A stretch of 64,000 bases of DNA from Solirubrobacterales bacterium (GCA_038317345.1 JBBQBH010000010.1:339-64338), one strand, 5' to 3'; shown: positions 34,322-43,460, counted from the first letter of the stretch. Notes: generated from the letters alone by a model not told the origin. Program-made: numbers and translations.

Positions 34322-35836
34322 ATGGACGCCCGCTCCACAAGCGCTCAGATGATCGGAACGGTCCTCTCGGGCCGTTATCGGCTCGAGGCCAAGCTCGGCA
34401 GTGGCGGCATGTCGACCGTCTACCTGGCGCGCGACGCGACGCTCGACCGGCAGGTCGCGGTGAAGGTCATGCACCGCGAGATGTCCGAGCAGCCCGAGCA
34501 GCTGGAGCGCTTTCGCCGGGAGGCGCGCGCGGTCGCGAAGCTTTCCCACCCCAACGTCGTGGCGGTGATCGACGCCGGCGAGGACGGCGGCCATCCGTAC
34601 ATCGTCTTCGAGTACGTCGAGGGCGAGAACCTCAAGCAGCGGATCAAGCGGCTCGGGCCCCTGGACCCGCAGGAGGCGCTCGCCTACGCGATCGAGATCG
34701 CCCGCGGCCTCACCGTCGCCCACGCCCGCAAGATGGTGCACCGCGACATCAAGCCGCAGAACGTGCTGATCGATGCCGAGGGGCGCGCCAAGGTGACCGA
34801 CTTTGGGATCGCCCGCCAGCTCGAGCAGCACGGCGTCACCGATACCGGCCGGGTGCTGGGCACGACCGACTACGTCTCGCCCGAGCAGGCGATGGGCCAT
34901 GGCGTCGACCCGCGCTCCGACGTCTACTCGCTTGGGGTCGTTCTCTACGAGATGCTGACCGGCGACGTTCCGTTCAGCGCCGACACCCAGGTCGGGGTGG
35001 CGATGAAGCACGTGAACGAGGAGCTGCCGGACGTGCAGCGGCGCCGCCCCGAGATCTCGGCCGCGACGGCACTGACGATCGAGCGGGCAACGACCAAGGA
35101 CATCTCGAAGCGCTACAAGGGCGTCGGGGAGATGATCGCCGACCTCGAGACCGCTCTCGAGGTCGAGGCGGCGCGGGCCGGATCGACCGAGGGCGAGGCG
35201 ACCACGGTGCTCAAAGCGGTGCGGCCGCGACGGCGATGGCTGCGGGGGCGGGGCTGGCGCTCGCTCGCTGGGGTACTCGGGGTGCTCGCCCTCGCCGCAG
35301 GAGCGATCGCGGCGGTGATGCTGATCTCGAGCGGAAACGTCGGTGGCGGTGGCGGTGCCGTCGCGGGCAAGGAGATCTCCATCCATTCGGCGACCGACTT
35401 CGACCCCGAGGGCGACAACACAGAGGACGGCAGCCTGGTCCATTTGGCGGTCGACGGGGATCCGATCGGAACCGCCTGGACCACCGAGCACTACGACTCC
35501 GACAACTTCGCGGGAACCAAAATCGGGCTCGATCCCGGCGTCGGCATATACGTGAAGACGAACTCCCCCGCGAAGCCGAAGAAGATGGAGGTGCGCTCTC
35601 AGACCCCCGGCTTCAACGCGGAGGTATTCGCCGCCTCGGGCGCGGCGCCGGCCGACATCGGCGGTTGGGGCAACCCGATCGGGACAATCAGCAACGCGGG
35701 CGAACGCCAGCTGATCGCTCTGAAGCCGAACGGAGCGGCGCAGTACTTCCTGCTCTGGTTCACCCGGCTCGGGCCCGCCAAGGACGACCCGCTCCGCTTT
35801 CAGGCGCAGATCTCCGACATCAAGCTGATCGGCTAG
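34322..35836 (+). CDS. Receptor-type Ser/Thr protein kinase with an extracellular beta-rich domain
   Basis: Hanks kinase motifs GSGGMSTVYLA, VAVK, HRDIKPQN, DFG and SPEQ. One TM helix (LAGVLGVLALAAGAIAAVMLI) and a ~170-aa C-terminal ectodomain. The start is set at MDARSTSAQ. Confidence 0.85.
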   Translation: MDARSTSAQMIGTVLSGRYRLEAKLGSGGMSTVYLARDATLDRQVAVKVMHREMSEQPEQLERFRREARAVAKLSHPNVVAVIDAGEDGGHPYIVFEYVEGENLKQRIKRLGPLDPQEALAYAIEIARGLTVAHARKMVHRDIKPQNVLIDAEGRAKVTDFGIARQLEQHGVTDTGRVLGTTDYVSPEQAMGHGVDPRSDVYSLGVVLYEMLTGDVPFSADTQVGVAMKHVNEELPDVQRRRPEISAATALTIERATTKDISKRYKGVGEMIADLETALEVEAARAGSTEGEATTVLKAVRPRRRWLRGRGWRSLAGVLGVLALAAGAIAAVMLISSGNVGGGGGAVAGKEISIHSATDFDPEGDNTEDGSLVHLAVDGDPIGTAWTTEHYDSDNFAGTKIGLDPGVGIYVKTNSPAKPKKMEVRSQTPGFNAEVFAASGAAPADIGGWGNPIGTISNAGERQLIALKPNGAAQYFLLWFTRLGPAKDDPLRFQAQISDIKLIG

Positions 35837-35842
35837 CGGCGG

Positions 35843-36811
35843 CTAGAACTCGAACGAGCGCACCCGCTGGTGCCGCTCGACGGCGAGCCCAACGAGGCGG
35901 TCACAGAGGTCGGGGTAGCCGATGCCGCTGGCCTCGAGGAGCTTCGAGTAGACGCTGGTCTCGGTGAAGCCGGGGATCGTGTTGATCTCATTGACCAGCA
36001 CCTCGCCCTCCTCGGTGATGAAGAAGTCGCAGCGTGCCATGCCGCTGCAGCCGGTCAGCGAGAAGACCTGCGCCGCCAGCTCGCGGACCCGCTCGAGGAT
36101 CGGCTCCTCAATCGGCGCCGGCACGACCAGATCCATGCCGCCCTCCGAGTACTTGGCCTCGTAGTCGTACCAGTCGGCATGGGCGACGATCTCACCCGGC
36201 AGCGACGTCTGCGGCTCGTCGTTGCCGAGCACCGAGCACTCCACCTCCCTACCGCTCGCCGGCGCCTCGACGATCACCCGCGGGTCATGGCGGGCGGCAA
36301 GCTCGACCGCCTCGTCGAGCCCACGCTCCCGCGAACTCACCTTGCTGATCCCGACGCTCGAGCCGAGCCGCGAGGGCTTCACCCAGAGCGGCAGCCCAAA
36401 CGAGGCGGCGCGCTCTCGCCAGCCCTCCTCGCCCGCCTCGACGAAATCGACCTGGGGAATGCGGAAGTAGGCGAGCAGGCGCTTGAAGCTGAGCTTGTCC
36501 ATGCAAAGGGCCGAGGCGAGCACGTCGGCTCCCACGTAGGGCAGATCGAGGCACTCGAGCAGTCCCTGCACGGTGCCGTCCTCCCCGAACGGCCCGTGCA
36601 GGACCGGAAACGCTACCTCGCAGTCGAGCAGCCCCGTGCCGGGCGCCAGCCGCACCGCCTCGCCGTCGCAGGACCACCCCCCCTCGCGGTCGATCAGCAC
36701 AGCGACCGCTTTGTGCCCCGCCTGCCCCAGGCCCTCGGCGACCGAGGCGCCGGAGCGCAGCGAGACCTCGTGCTCGCTGGAGCGGCCCCCGGAGAGGACG
36801 GCGACGCGCAT
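35843..36811 (-). CDS. ddl: D-alanine--D-alanine ligase
   Basis: MRVAVLSGGRSSEHEVSLRSG, FPVLHGPFGEDGTVQGLLE and the ATP-grasp block EINTIPGFT. It starts 4 nt after the pknB stop. Confidence 0.92.
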   Translation of the reverse strand: MRVAVLSGGRSSEHEVSLRSGASVAEGLGQAGHKAVAVLIDREGGWSCDGEAVRLAPGTGLLDCEVAFPVLHGPFGEDGTVQGLLECLDLPYVGADVLASALCMDKLSFKRLLAYFRIPQVDFVEAGEEGWRERAASFGLPLWVKPSRLGSSVGISKVSSRERGLDEAVELAARHDPRVIVEAPASGREVECSVLGNDEPQTSLPGEIVAHADWYDYEAKYSEGGMDLVVPAPIEEPILERVRELAAQVFSLTGCSGMARCDFFITEEGEVLVNEINTIPGFTETSVYSKLLEASGIGYPDLCDRLVGLAVERHQRVRSFEF

Positions 36812-36815
36812 CCGC

Positions 36816-38726
36816 TTAGCCGGCCCGTGGAACGGGGGTGGTCGGCGTCGTCGTGGTCGTCGGTGGTGGGGTCGGCGTGGTGAAGTGCCCGACGAAGATC
36901 GTCACCGTGCTGCCCTTCGTCGCCGAGCCGCCCGGCGACGGGAACTGGTCCACCACCTTGCCGTCCTGGGTCGCGACGGTGACCTCCTGCGACTGGACCG
37001 AGGCGGCAAAGCCCTTCGAGCGAAGGGCCGAGACCGCGCTCGACTGCGTCTTGCCGATCACGTTGGGCACCGTCGCCTTCGCCTGGCCGCTGGAGACGAC
37101 GATTGTCACGGTCGAGCCCTGGTCGACCCGCTGGCCGGCGTCGGGCGCCTGCTGGAGCACCTGCCCCGCGGGCGCGTTGTCCTGACGCTTGACCACCGAC
37201 GGGACCAGACCGGCGCCGCGGATCTCGGACTCGGCGACCGCCTGCGTCTCGGCGACCACGAGCGGCACATCGACCTTCTTCGGGCCGCGCGAGACGTTGA
37301 TCGTCACCTCCGAGCCCTGTCGGGCCAGGGATCCTCCGGTGGGGTCGCTGCTGATCACGGTGCCCGCGGGGACGCTGTCCGACGCCGCCTTGACCACCGC
37401 GACCTTGAAGTGCGCGGCCGCCAGCTTGCTCTCCGCGGCGGTCTGGTCGAGGCCGGTCACCGAGGGGACCTTCGCCTGCCCGGGGCCGGCGTTGACGGTC
37501 AGGGTCACGGTCGGCTTGGTGCAAGAGAGCTTCAGAAGGTCGCAGCTCTGGCTTGCCTGCCCCGCCGGCGGGTCCTGCTCGAGGACGATGTCCTTGGCAG
37601 CGAGGCGATGAACGGTGTCTGTCTGAACATCGAACCCCTTCACCTGCAGCACCGTCTTGGCGTCGGAGAGGTTCTGCCCGATCACGTCGGGGACGTCGGC
37701 CTTCGGGGCACTGCGCTGGCTGAGGACCAGGCCGACGACCAAGCCGAGCAGGATCGCCCCCACGACCCATTGCCAGCGGCGTCGCTTCTCCTCGTCCTCG
37801 GCCCCCGGTGGTGTCGGGCCGCCATCCGCAGCCGCCGCCTCGGCTGGCGCCTGCGCCGGTGGCAGCGGCGCGAAGGTCGCGGTGGATCCCGGAGGCGCCG
37901 AAGCCGGATCGCGCTCCGCCGCGTCGAGGGCGGCGGCGAACGCCTCGGCGTCGGCGAACCGCTGCGCCGGGCCCTTGGCGAGCGCCCGCATCACGACCGC
38001 ATCGAGGGCCGGAGAGACCTGCGGGTTGATTGCGCTGGGCCGCTGGGGCGCCTGCGAGACCTGTTTGAGGGCCACGGCGACCGTGCTGTCGCCCTCGAAG
38101 GGGACCTGGCCGGTCAGCGCCTCGTAGAGGATCACGCCGATCGAGTAGAGGTCGGACGACGGCGTCACCTCCAGCCCCTGGGCCTGCTCGGGAGACAGAT
38201 AGTGCGCGGTCCCCATCACCGAGCCGGTTTGGGTGATCTCCGAGACGCCGGCGCGGGCGATGCCGAAGTCGGTGACCGTCGCGTGGCCCTCCGAATCGAC
38301 GATCACGTTCTGGGGCTTGAGGTCACGGTGCACGATGCCGTGACGGTGCGCGAAGCGAGCCGCCTCGAGGATCTGGCGCACGAGCGCGACTGCGGCCGTC
38401 GGGGTGAGGCCGGCGTCGATCAGCTCCTTCAGCGTGCGCCCATCGAGGTACTCCATCGCGATGTAGTAAGTGCCGTTGACGGCGCCGCGATCGAACACGC
38501 CGACCACGTTGGGGTGCTGAAGGCCGGCCGCCGCCTCCGCCTCACGGCGGAAGCGCTCCACAAACTCCTGGTCCTGGGCGAAGCGGTGGTGCAGGACCTT
38601 GAGCGCAACCTTGCGCTGCAGATGGGTGTCCTCGGCGACCCAGACATCGGCCATGCCACCGGAGCCGATCCGCCCGATCACCCGGTAACGGTTGTCGACC
38701 AGTTGGTTCTCGGCGACCTCAGGCAC
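36816..38726 (-). CDS. pknB: Ser/Thr protein kinase PknB with four extracellular PASTA repeats
   Basis: Hanks motifs GSGGMADVWVA, VALK, HRDLKPQN, DFG and SPEQ, then one TM helix. Four VP(D/S/L/N)V-initiated PASTA-like repeats follow. Confidence 0.9.
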   Translation of the reverse strand: MPEVAENQLVDNRYRVIGRIGSGGMADVWVAEDTHLQRKVALKVLHHRFAQDQEFVERFRREAEAAAGLQHPNVVGVFDRGAVNGTYYIAMEYLDGRTLKELIDAGLTPTAAVALVRQILEAARFAHRHGIVHRDLKPQNVIVDSEGHATVTDFGIARAGVSEITQTGSVMGTAHYLSPEQAQGLEVTPSSDLYSIGVILYEALTGQVPFEGDSTVAVALKQVSQAPQRPSAINPQVSPALDAVVMRALAKGPAQRFADAEAFAAALDAAERDPASAPPGSTATFAPLPPAQAPAEAAAADGGPTPPGAEDEEKRRRWQWVVGAILLGLVVGLVLSQRSAPKADVPDVIGQNLSDAKTVLQVKGFDVQTDTVHRLAAKDIVLEQDPPAGQASQSCDLLKLSCTKPTVTLTVNAGPGQAKVPSVTGLDQTAAESKLAAAHFKVAVVKAASDSVPAGTVISSDPTGGSLARQGSEVTINVSRGPKKVDVPLVVAETQAVAESEIRGAGLVPSVVKRQDNAPAGQVLQQAPDAGQRVDQGSTVTIVVSSGQAKATVPNVIGKTQSSAVSALRSKGFAASVQSQEVTVATQDGKVVDQFPSPGGSATKGSTVTIFVGHFTTPTPPPTTTTTPTTPVPRAG

Positions 38727-38728
38727 GC

Positions 38729-40210
38729 CTACTGTCCTTCACTGAGGATCGTCTCCATCACCGCGCGGGTGATCGGGCCGGCGACCTGGGCGCCGAAGCT
38801 CGAGGTGCACTCGATCGTCGCCGCTACCGCGATCTTCGGGTTGTCGGCCGGGGCGAAGCCGATGAACCAGGCCTGGTTCGGAAGCGAGCACCCCGCTCGC
38901 CCGCTGCCCAGCTCGGCGGTTCCAGTCTTCCCGGCGACGCGCAGCGAGGAGGGAAAAACACCGGCCGCGGTGCCGTCATTGACCACGTTCTGCATCATGT
39001 CGTTGAGCTCGGTCGCGGTCTGGGGCTTCATCACCTGCGACTGCACGGTCGGGTTCATGCGCTTAACGGTGCGGCCGTCTGGGTCGACGACGCGGTCCCA
39101 GAGCTGCGGCCTCATCAGCTCGCCGCCGTTGGCAACCGTCGACGCAACCTCCGCCATCTGCAGCGGCGTGACCGAGAGGCGCTCCTGCCCGATTGCGACG
39201 CGGCCGATGTCGATCGCGTCGCCCGGGCCGAGCAGGTGGCCGTTCTCCTTCACGCCGCTGGTCGCCAGCTCGTCGCTGGGCAGGTCGATCTGGGGCGGAG
39301 AGTTGAAGCCGAAGCGGTCCATGTACTGGTACATCGTCGAGGTGCCGACCTTCTCCCCCACCTGCGCGAAAACGGTGTTGACCGAGTTGGTGAGCGCGTC
39401 GGTGAGCGAGATCGAGCCGAACTGCTCGCCGCCCGCGTTGGAGAGCGGAACGCCCTCGATCGGGATCGGCGAGCGGCCGTTGATCACCGAGTCGGGGGTG
39501 AACTTGCCGGTGTCGAGCGCCGCCGTAGCGGTCACGACCTTGAAGGTCGAGCCGGGGGCGTAGCCGCTCTGGGTAGCTCGGTCGAACAGCGGCGAACCGG
39601 CTTCCTTGTTGAGCTGGGCGAAGTGATTGGGGACCTGGTTGGGGTCGTAGGGCGGTTGGCTGACCAGGGCGCGGACCTTTCCGGTCTGCGGCTCGATCGC
39701 CACCACCGCACCCGTCCGCCCCGCGAGCTGCTCCAGTGCGACCCGCTGCGCGGCGGGATCGATCGAGGAGACGATGTTGTCGCCCTGCTGGCGTTGGCCC
39801 TGGAGCTGGTCGAGGATCGAGGTGAACTCGGACTTGTTGCCGACCAGCTCGTCGTTGTGGTAGCGCTCGAACCCGGCCTGGCCGAGGTCGAGGAAGCTGT
39901 AGCCGATCGGATGCCCGAACAGGCTGCCTTCGGGGTAGTGACGCACATAGAAACGGCTGGACCCCCTGCCTTCCCTGGTCGAGCGAGCAATCACCGAGCC
40001 GTCGTCGGCGAAGATCGTTCCGCGGTGGACCTGCAGCTCCTCGAGCAGCGGGCGCCGGTTGGCGCGCTTGTCCTTCAGCGCTTGGGCGTCGAACACGGCC
40101 CAGTAGGAGGTGAAGCCGATCAGCACCGCGAACATCAGCACGATCAGCCCGTACAGCTTTGCGACCTGGGCGTTCACAGCACACCCACTGGTTCGCGCTC
40201 GGCCCCGCAC
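38729..40210 (-). CDS. pbpA: Class B penicillin-binding protein (PbpA-type transpeptidase)
   Basis: SxxK (STFK), SxN (LSNAG) and KTG (KTGTA) motifs. The GTG at 40210 follows AAGGAG by 5 nt. An alternative GTG at 40177 (VNAQVAKLYG...) would give a shorter tail. Confidence 0.88.
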   Translation of the reverse strand: MRGRARTSGCAVNAQVAKLYGLIVLMFAVLIGFTSYWAVFDAQALKDKRANRRPLLEELQVHRGTIFADDGSVIARSTREGRGSSRFYVRHYPEGSLFGHPIGYSFLDLGQAGFERYHNDELVGNKSEFTSILDQLQGQRQQGDNIVSSIDPAAQRVALEQLAGRTGAVVAIEPQTGKVRALVSQPPYDPNQVPNHFAQLNKEAGSPLFDRATQSGYAPGSTFKVVTATAALDTGKFTPDSVINGRSPIPIEGVPLSNAGGEQFGSISLTDALTNSVNTVFAQVGEKVGTSTMYQYMDRFGFNSPPQIDLPSDELATSGVKENGHLLGPGDAIDIGRVAIGQERLSVTPLQMAEVASTVANGGELMRPQLWDRVVDPDGRTVKRMNPTVQSQVMKPQTATELNDMMQNVVNDGTAAGVFPSSLRVAGKTGTAELGSGRAGCSLPNQAWFIGFAPADNPKIAVAATIECTSSFGAQVAGPITRAVMETILSEGQ

Positions 40211-40235
40211 AATGCTCCTTTGCTGAGCCTCGCGC

Positions 40236-41600
40236 TCACGACGGTAGGGACTCGCCGTCGGGAGCGCCGATGAGCTGGCGGCGGGCGCGGTCGGAGATCA
40301 GCAGCAGCAGGGCCAGCAGCACGAAGTTGGCGACGATCGAGCTGCCGCCGTAGCTGACGAACGGCAGGGTGACCCCGGTCAGCGGTATCACCCTCGTCAC
40401 CCCGCCGATGATCACGAATGCCTGGATCGCGAACACGGCGGTCAACCCGGTGGCAAGCAGCTTCGAGAAGCCGTCGCTGGCGATGATCGCGGTCTTGAAG
40501 CCGCGGGCGGCGATCAGCAGATAGATCAGGCAGACCGCCGAGGCGCCGAACAGACCCAGCTCGTCGACGATCAGGGCGTAGATCGTGTCTGTCTGGGCGG
40601 CTGGCAGAAGCGCAACCGGTGGATGGCTGCCGGGAATGAACAGCAGCGATTGCCCGAACCCCTGTCCGAACAGGCCGCCGTCAGCCTGGGCGAAGATCGA
40701 CTGCAACACCTGGTAGCCGGACTGCTGGGGATGCTGGTAAGGGTCGAGCCAGACGTCGACGCGCTCGTGCACGTGAGGCACGGTGTTGGCGAAGAACCAG
40801 GCGCCGACCAGGAACAGCGCCATCCCGATCACCACGAACGAGAAGCGCCCGGTGGCGACGTAGAGCAGCGCCAGAATCGCCGCGAAGAACATCAGCGAGC
40901 TGCCGAGGTCGCGGATGTAGACGAGCATGAACATCGAGGCGCCCCAGATCACCAGCAACGGCCCGAGGTGCTTGAGCGGTGGCAACGTGATCCCCGCGAT
41001 GCGGCGCGCTCCCACGATCAGCACCTCGCGATGCTCGCGCAGGTAACTGGCCAGGAAGATGACGATGCAGATCTTCGAGAACTCTGCAGGCTGGAACGAG
41101 ACCGAGCCGATCTTCACCCCAAGATAGGCGCCGTTGACCTGCTGTCCGATGCCGGGCAGCCGGGGCGCGAGCAGCAGCGCGATTCCGAGGGTGGCGATCA
41201 GGTAGCGGTAGCGCTCCAGCAGCTCGTAGTCGCGCAGGAAGTGGATTGTGAGGGCGAAGAGGAGGAGGCCGAGGACGAACCAGTTGGCCTGGTCGCGGGC
41301 CAGGGTCTCGTCGATTCGGTAGATGACGATCAGCCCGAAGGCGGCGAGCAGCGCCATCAGCGGGAATAGGTAGGGATCCGCATAGGGCAGCCGAGCCCGC
41401 AGATAGAGGTGGCCGGCGACGCAGATGGCCAGGAAGTAGCCGCCGTAGAGGATGCTGAGGTTGCCGAAGCGGGTCCCGCCCTGGATGAACACGGCCGTGA
41501 ATCCGGCGGTGAGCAGCAACGCCACCGGCACCAGCGCGATCAGCTCGCGGTTGCGGGCGCTTCTCATATCAACACTTGTTCGCGCTCGGCCCGTGGCCAA
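40236..41600 (-). CDS. rodA: SEDS-family peptidoglycan polymerase RodA/FtsW
   Basis: Polytopic FtsW/RodA/SpoVE protein with blocks SFQPAEFSKI and GVTLPFVSYGGSS. An alternative ATG at 41567 is possible. Confidence 0.88.
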   Translation of the reverse strand: MATGRARTSVDMRSARNRELIALVPVALLLTAGFTAVFIQGGTRFGNLSILYGGYFLAICVAGHLYLRARLPYADPYLFPLMALLAAFGLIVIYRIDETLARDQANWFVLGLLLFALTIHFLRDYELLERYRYLIATLGIALLLAPRLPGIGQQVNGAYLGVKIGSVSFQPAEFSKICIVIFLASYLREHREVLIVGARRIAGITLPPLKHLGPLLVIWGASMFMLVYIRDLGSSLMFFAAILALLYVATGRFSFVVIGMALFLVGAWFFANTVPHVHERVDVWLDPYQHPQQSGYQVLQSIFAQADGGLFGQGFGQSLLFIPGSHPPVALLPAAQTDTIYALIVDELGLFGASAVCLIYLLIAARGFKTAIIASDGFSKLLATGLTAVFAIQAFVIIGGVTRVIPLTGVTLPFVSYGGSSIVANFVLLALLLLISDRARRQLIGAPDGESLPS

Positions 41601-41622
41601 GCTCTTTTCAAGAGCCTCGCGC

Positions 41623-42795
41623 TCACGGGGATGGCAACGCTCCCTCGCTGCGCTCGAGATCCTCGATCAGCGAGACGGCGTCGCTGCGCGAACGCAGCTC
41701 GTGGCCGGTCACCGAGCCCCGCCGGTCCTTGGGCACCGAGCTGGTCTGGATCGGGCTCGCGTAGCGCTCCTCGTAGAGGCTGATGCCGAACGGCAGGTCG
41801 TAGGGCAGGCCGCGGTAGAGCGCCACACGCCCGGCGTCGTCGGTGCCCAGGAACCAGATCTGGCGGTTGCCGTACCAGGCCCCGAACCCGACCGCGCCCA
41901 GCACCAGCAGCACCGCGAGCACCTTGGCGGCCCGTTTCAGCGCCCGCCTCCCTCGCGGCACCTCGGCCCGCGCTCGAGCCTCGGCGGCCGCGACCCGGCG
42001 CACCTCGTCGCCACGCAGCCCCTCCGCCTCGGCCGCGGGCCCGACCAGAGTCGGGTGCTCGGGCCCGGGGGCCGGCGCGCCGACCTCCTCGAGCTTGAAG
42101 GCGACCGCGGTGATGTTGTCGCGCCCCCCGGCCCGGTTGGCCTCCGCGACGAGGGCACGCACGGCCGCATCGAGGCTGGTCGAGGAGAGAAGGATCTTGG
42201 TGATCTGCTCTTCCCCGATCATCGTTGTGAGGCCGTCGGAGCAGACCAGGTAGACGTCCCCGGGGCGTGCCGGGACCGTGCGGAGGTCGGGCTCGACCTC
42301 TTCGTCGGGGCCGAGCGCCCGGGTGATGATTGAGCGCTGCGGGTGCTCCTCGGCCTGCTGGTCGGTGAGCTGTCCCTTGCGGCGCAGCTCCTCGACCAGC
42401 GAATGGTCCTGGGTCAGCCGCTCCAGCTTCCCGTCGCGCAGCAGATAGGCGCGGCTGTCGCCGACATGTCCGATCGCCACCTCGTCGCGCTCGGGAGCGA
42501 CGATCACCGCGGTGAGCGTCGTTCCCATGCCGGCGTGGCTCTCGTCGCTGGCGGCGTGCTCGTGAATCTCGCGGTTGGCCGACTTGAAGACCTCCCGCAG
42601 GGCGTCCTCGGGACCGGCGGGGAGCTCGCGGTCGAACGCCTCCGCGGCGATCCGCGAAGCAACCTCGCCGGCCTGGGCGCCCCCCATGCCGTCGGCGACC
42701 ACGAACACCGGCGCCCTCACGTAGTAGGAGTCCTCGTTGGCCCGGCGCTGGCGGCCGGTGTCGGTGCGGTATGCCTGGTCGGCGATCCTCAGCAT
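41623..42795 (-). CDS. pstP: PP2C-family Ser/Thr phosphatase PstP with C-terminal TM segment
   Basis: PP2C motifs RRANEDSYYV, VADGMGG and DNITAV, followed by a TM helix and an extracellular tail. Confidence 0.9.
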   Translation of the reverse strand: MLRIADQAYRTDTGRQRRANEDSYYVRAPVFVVADGMGGAQAGEVASRIAAEAFDRELPAGPEDALREVFKSANREIHEHAASDESHAGMGTTLTAVIVAPERDEVAIGHVGDSRAYLLRDGKLERLTQDHSLVEELRRKGQLTDQQAEEHPQRSIITRALGPDEEVEPDLRTVPARPGDVYLVCSDGLTTMIGEEQITKILLSSTSLDAAVRALVAEANRAGGRDNITAVAFKLEEVGAPAPGPEHPTLVGPAAEAEGLRGDEVRRVAAAEARARAEVPRGRRALKRAAKVLAVLLVLGAVGFGAWYGNRQIWFLGTDDAGRVALYRGLPYDLPFGISLYEERYASPIQTSSVPKDRRGSVTGHELRSRSDAVSLIEDLERSEGALPSP

Positions 42796-42806
42796 CGGTT
42801 CAGCCC

Positions 42807-43286
42807 CTAGTCACCCGGTTCGAAGCGGAACTCGGTGTCGCCGATCCTGATCAGATCGCCAGCCACCAGCTCCGCCTCCCCGGCGAGGACCTCGTCGTTG
42901 AGCAGCGTGCCGTTGGTCGACTTGAGGTCCTCGACATAGAAATGGCCACGGTGCGCGTAGATCCTGGCGTGTAGGCCGGAGGCGTAGCGGTCCTCGATCT
43001 GAACGTCCGCCTCGACCGAGCGACCGATCGACAGTCCCCCGAAGAGATCGAAGCGCGAGCCAGCCTTCAGCCCGCCGCCGCGTTCGACCACCAGCCAGCC
43101 CTCCTCGGAGGAGGAGCCGCCATTACCGTCCATAAGCGGCGCTCCGTGCAGTCCCGTGGCATCGGGTGCGGGCGCCGCCGTGCCTCGCAGGTCCTTGAGC
43201 GCGCTGCGCGCGATCCAGAGCAAGAACAGGTAGAGGACGGCGATGAAGCCGAACTTGAGCCCAACCGAGATCGGCTCGTAGTCCAC
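42807..43286 (-). CDS. fhaB: FHA-domain protein FhaB/FipA (membrane-anchored)
   Basis: N-terminal TM helix (GLKFGFIAVLYLFLLWIA) and a C-terminal FHA domain (SIGRS...VQIEDRYASGLHARI...DLKSTNGTLLND). The start is taken as the GTG at 43286 (VDYEPIS). Confidence 0.85.
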   Translation of the reverse strand: MDYEPISVGLKFGFIAVLYLFLLWIARSALKDLRGTAAPAPDATGLHGAPLMDGNGGSSSEEGWLVVERGGGLKAGSRFDLFGGLSIGRSVEADVQIEDRYASGLHARIYAHRGHFYVEDLKSTNGTLLNDEVLAGEAELVAGDLIRIGDTEFRFEPGD

Positions 43287-43291
43287 TGGCC

Positions 43292-43456
43292 CTAGATGGT
43301 CGATGCCACGGCGGCGTGCGCTTGGGGGCGCGCGTCGTCGAGCAGGTCGAGGATCCAGGCCGCGACGTGTGCGACCAGCACACAAGCGGCCGAGGACGAA
43401 GAGATGCGACGCGCGACGCGCGACCTCCAGGCGTGCGGAGTCGTGGCGTCGCCCAT
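43292..43456 (-). CDS. Possible 54-aa ORF coincident with palindromic element copy 2
   Basis: The ATG lies 4 nt after the fhaA stop, and the TAG stop lies 5 nt before the fhaB GTG. Peptide: MGDATTPHAWRSRVARRISSSSAACVLVAHVAAWILDLLDDARPQAHAAVASTI. A plus-strand 54-codon ORF also exists. Confidence 0.3.
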   Translation of the reverse strand: MGDATTPHAWRSRVARRISSSSAACVLVAHVAAWILDLLDDARPQAHAAVASTI

Positions 43457-43458
43457 CT
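43294..43458. repeat. 165-bp imperfect palindromic element, copy 2, filling the fhaA-fhaB junction
   Basis: Same length as, and gapless alignment to, 22975-23139. Termini are AGATGGTCG...CGCCCATCT, flanked by TA on both sides. Stems are CGCTTGG/CCAGGCG, CGCGTCG/CGACGCG, GGCCGC/GCGGCC and GTGTGC/GCACAC. Confidence 0.75.
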
Positions 43459-43460
43459 AA

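Noticed and set aside
36573-39563. A very long plus-strand ORF (996 aa), with similar ones at 28831-30669, 50756-53740 and 17395-18738
   Set aside because: Each lies antisense to or out of frame with strongly supported genes (pknB/pbpA, capD, gyrA/gyrB, hydrolase/DUF3105). Each translates to Arg/Gly/Ala/Pro-rich low-information sequence, the expected stop-poor shadow frames of a high-GC genome.
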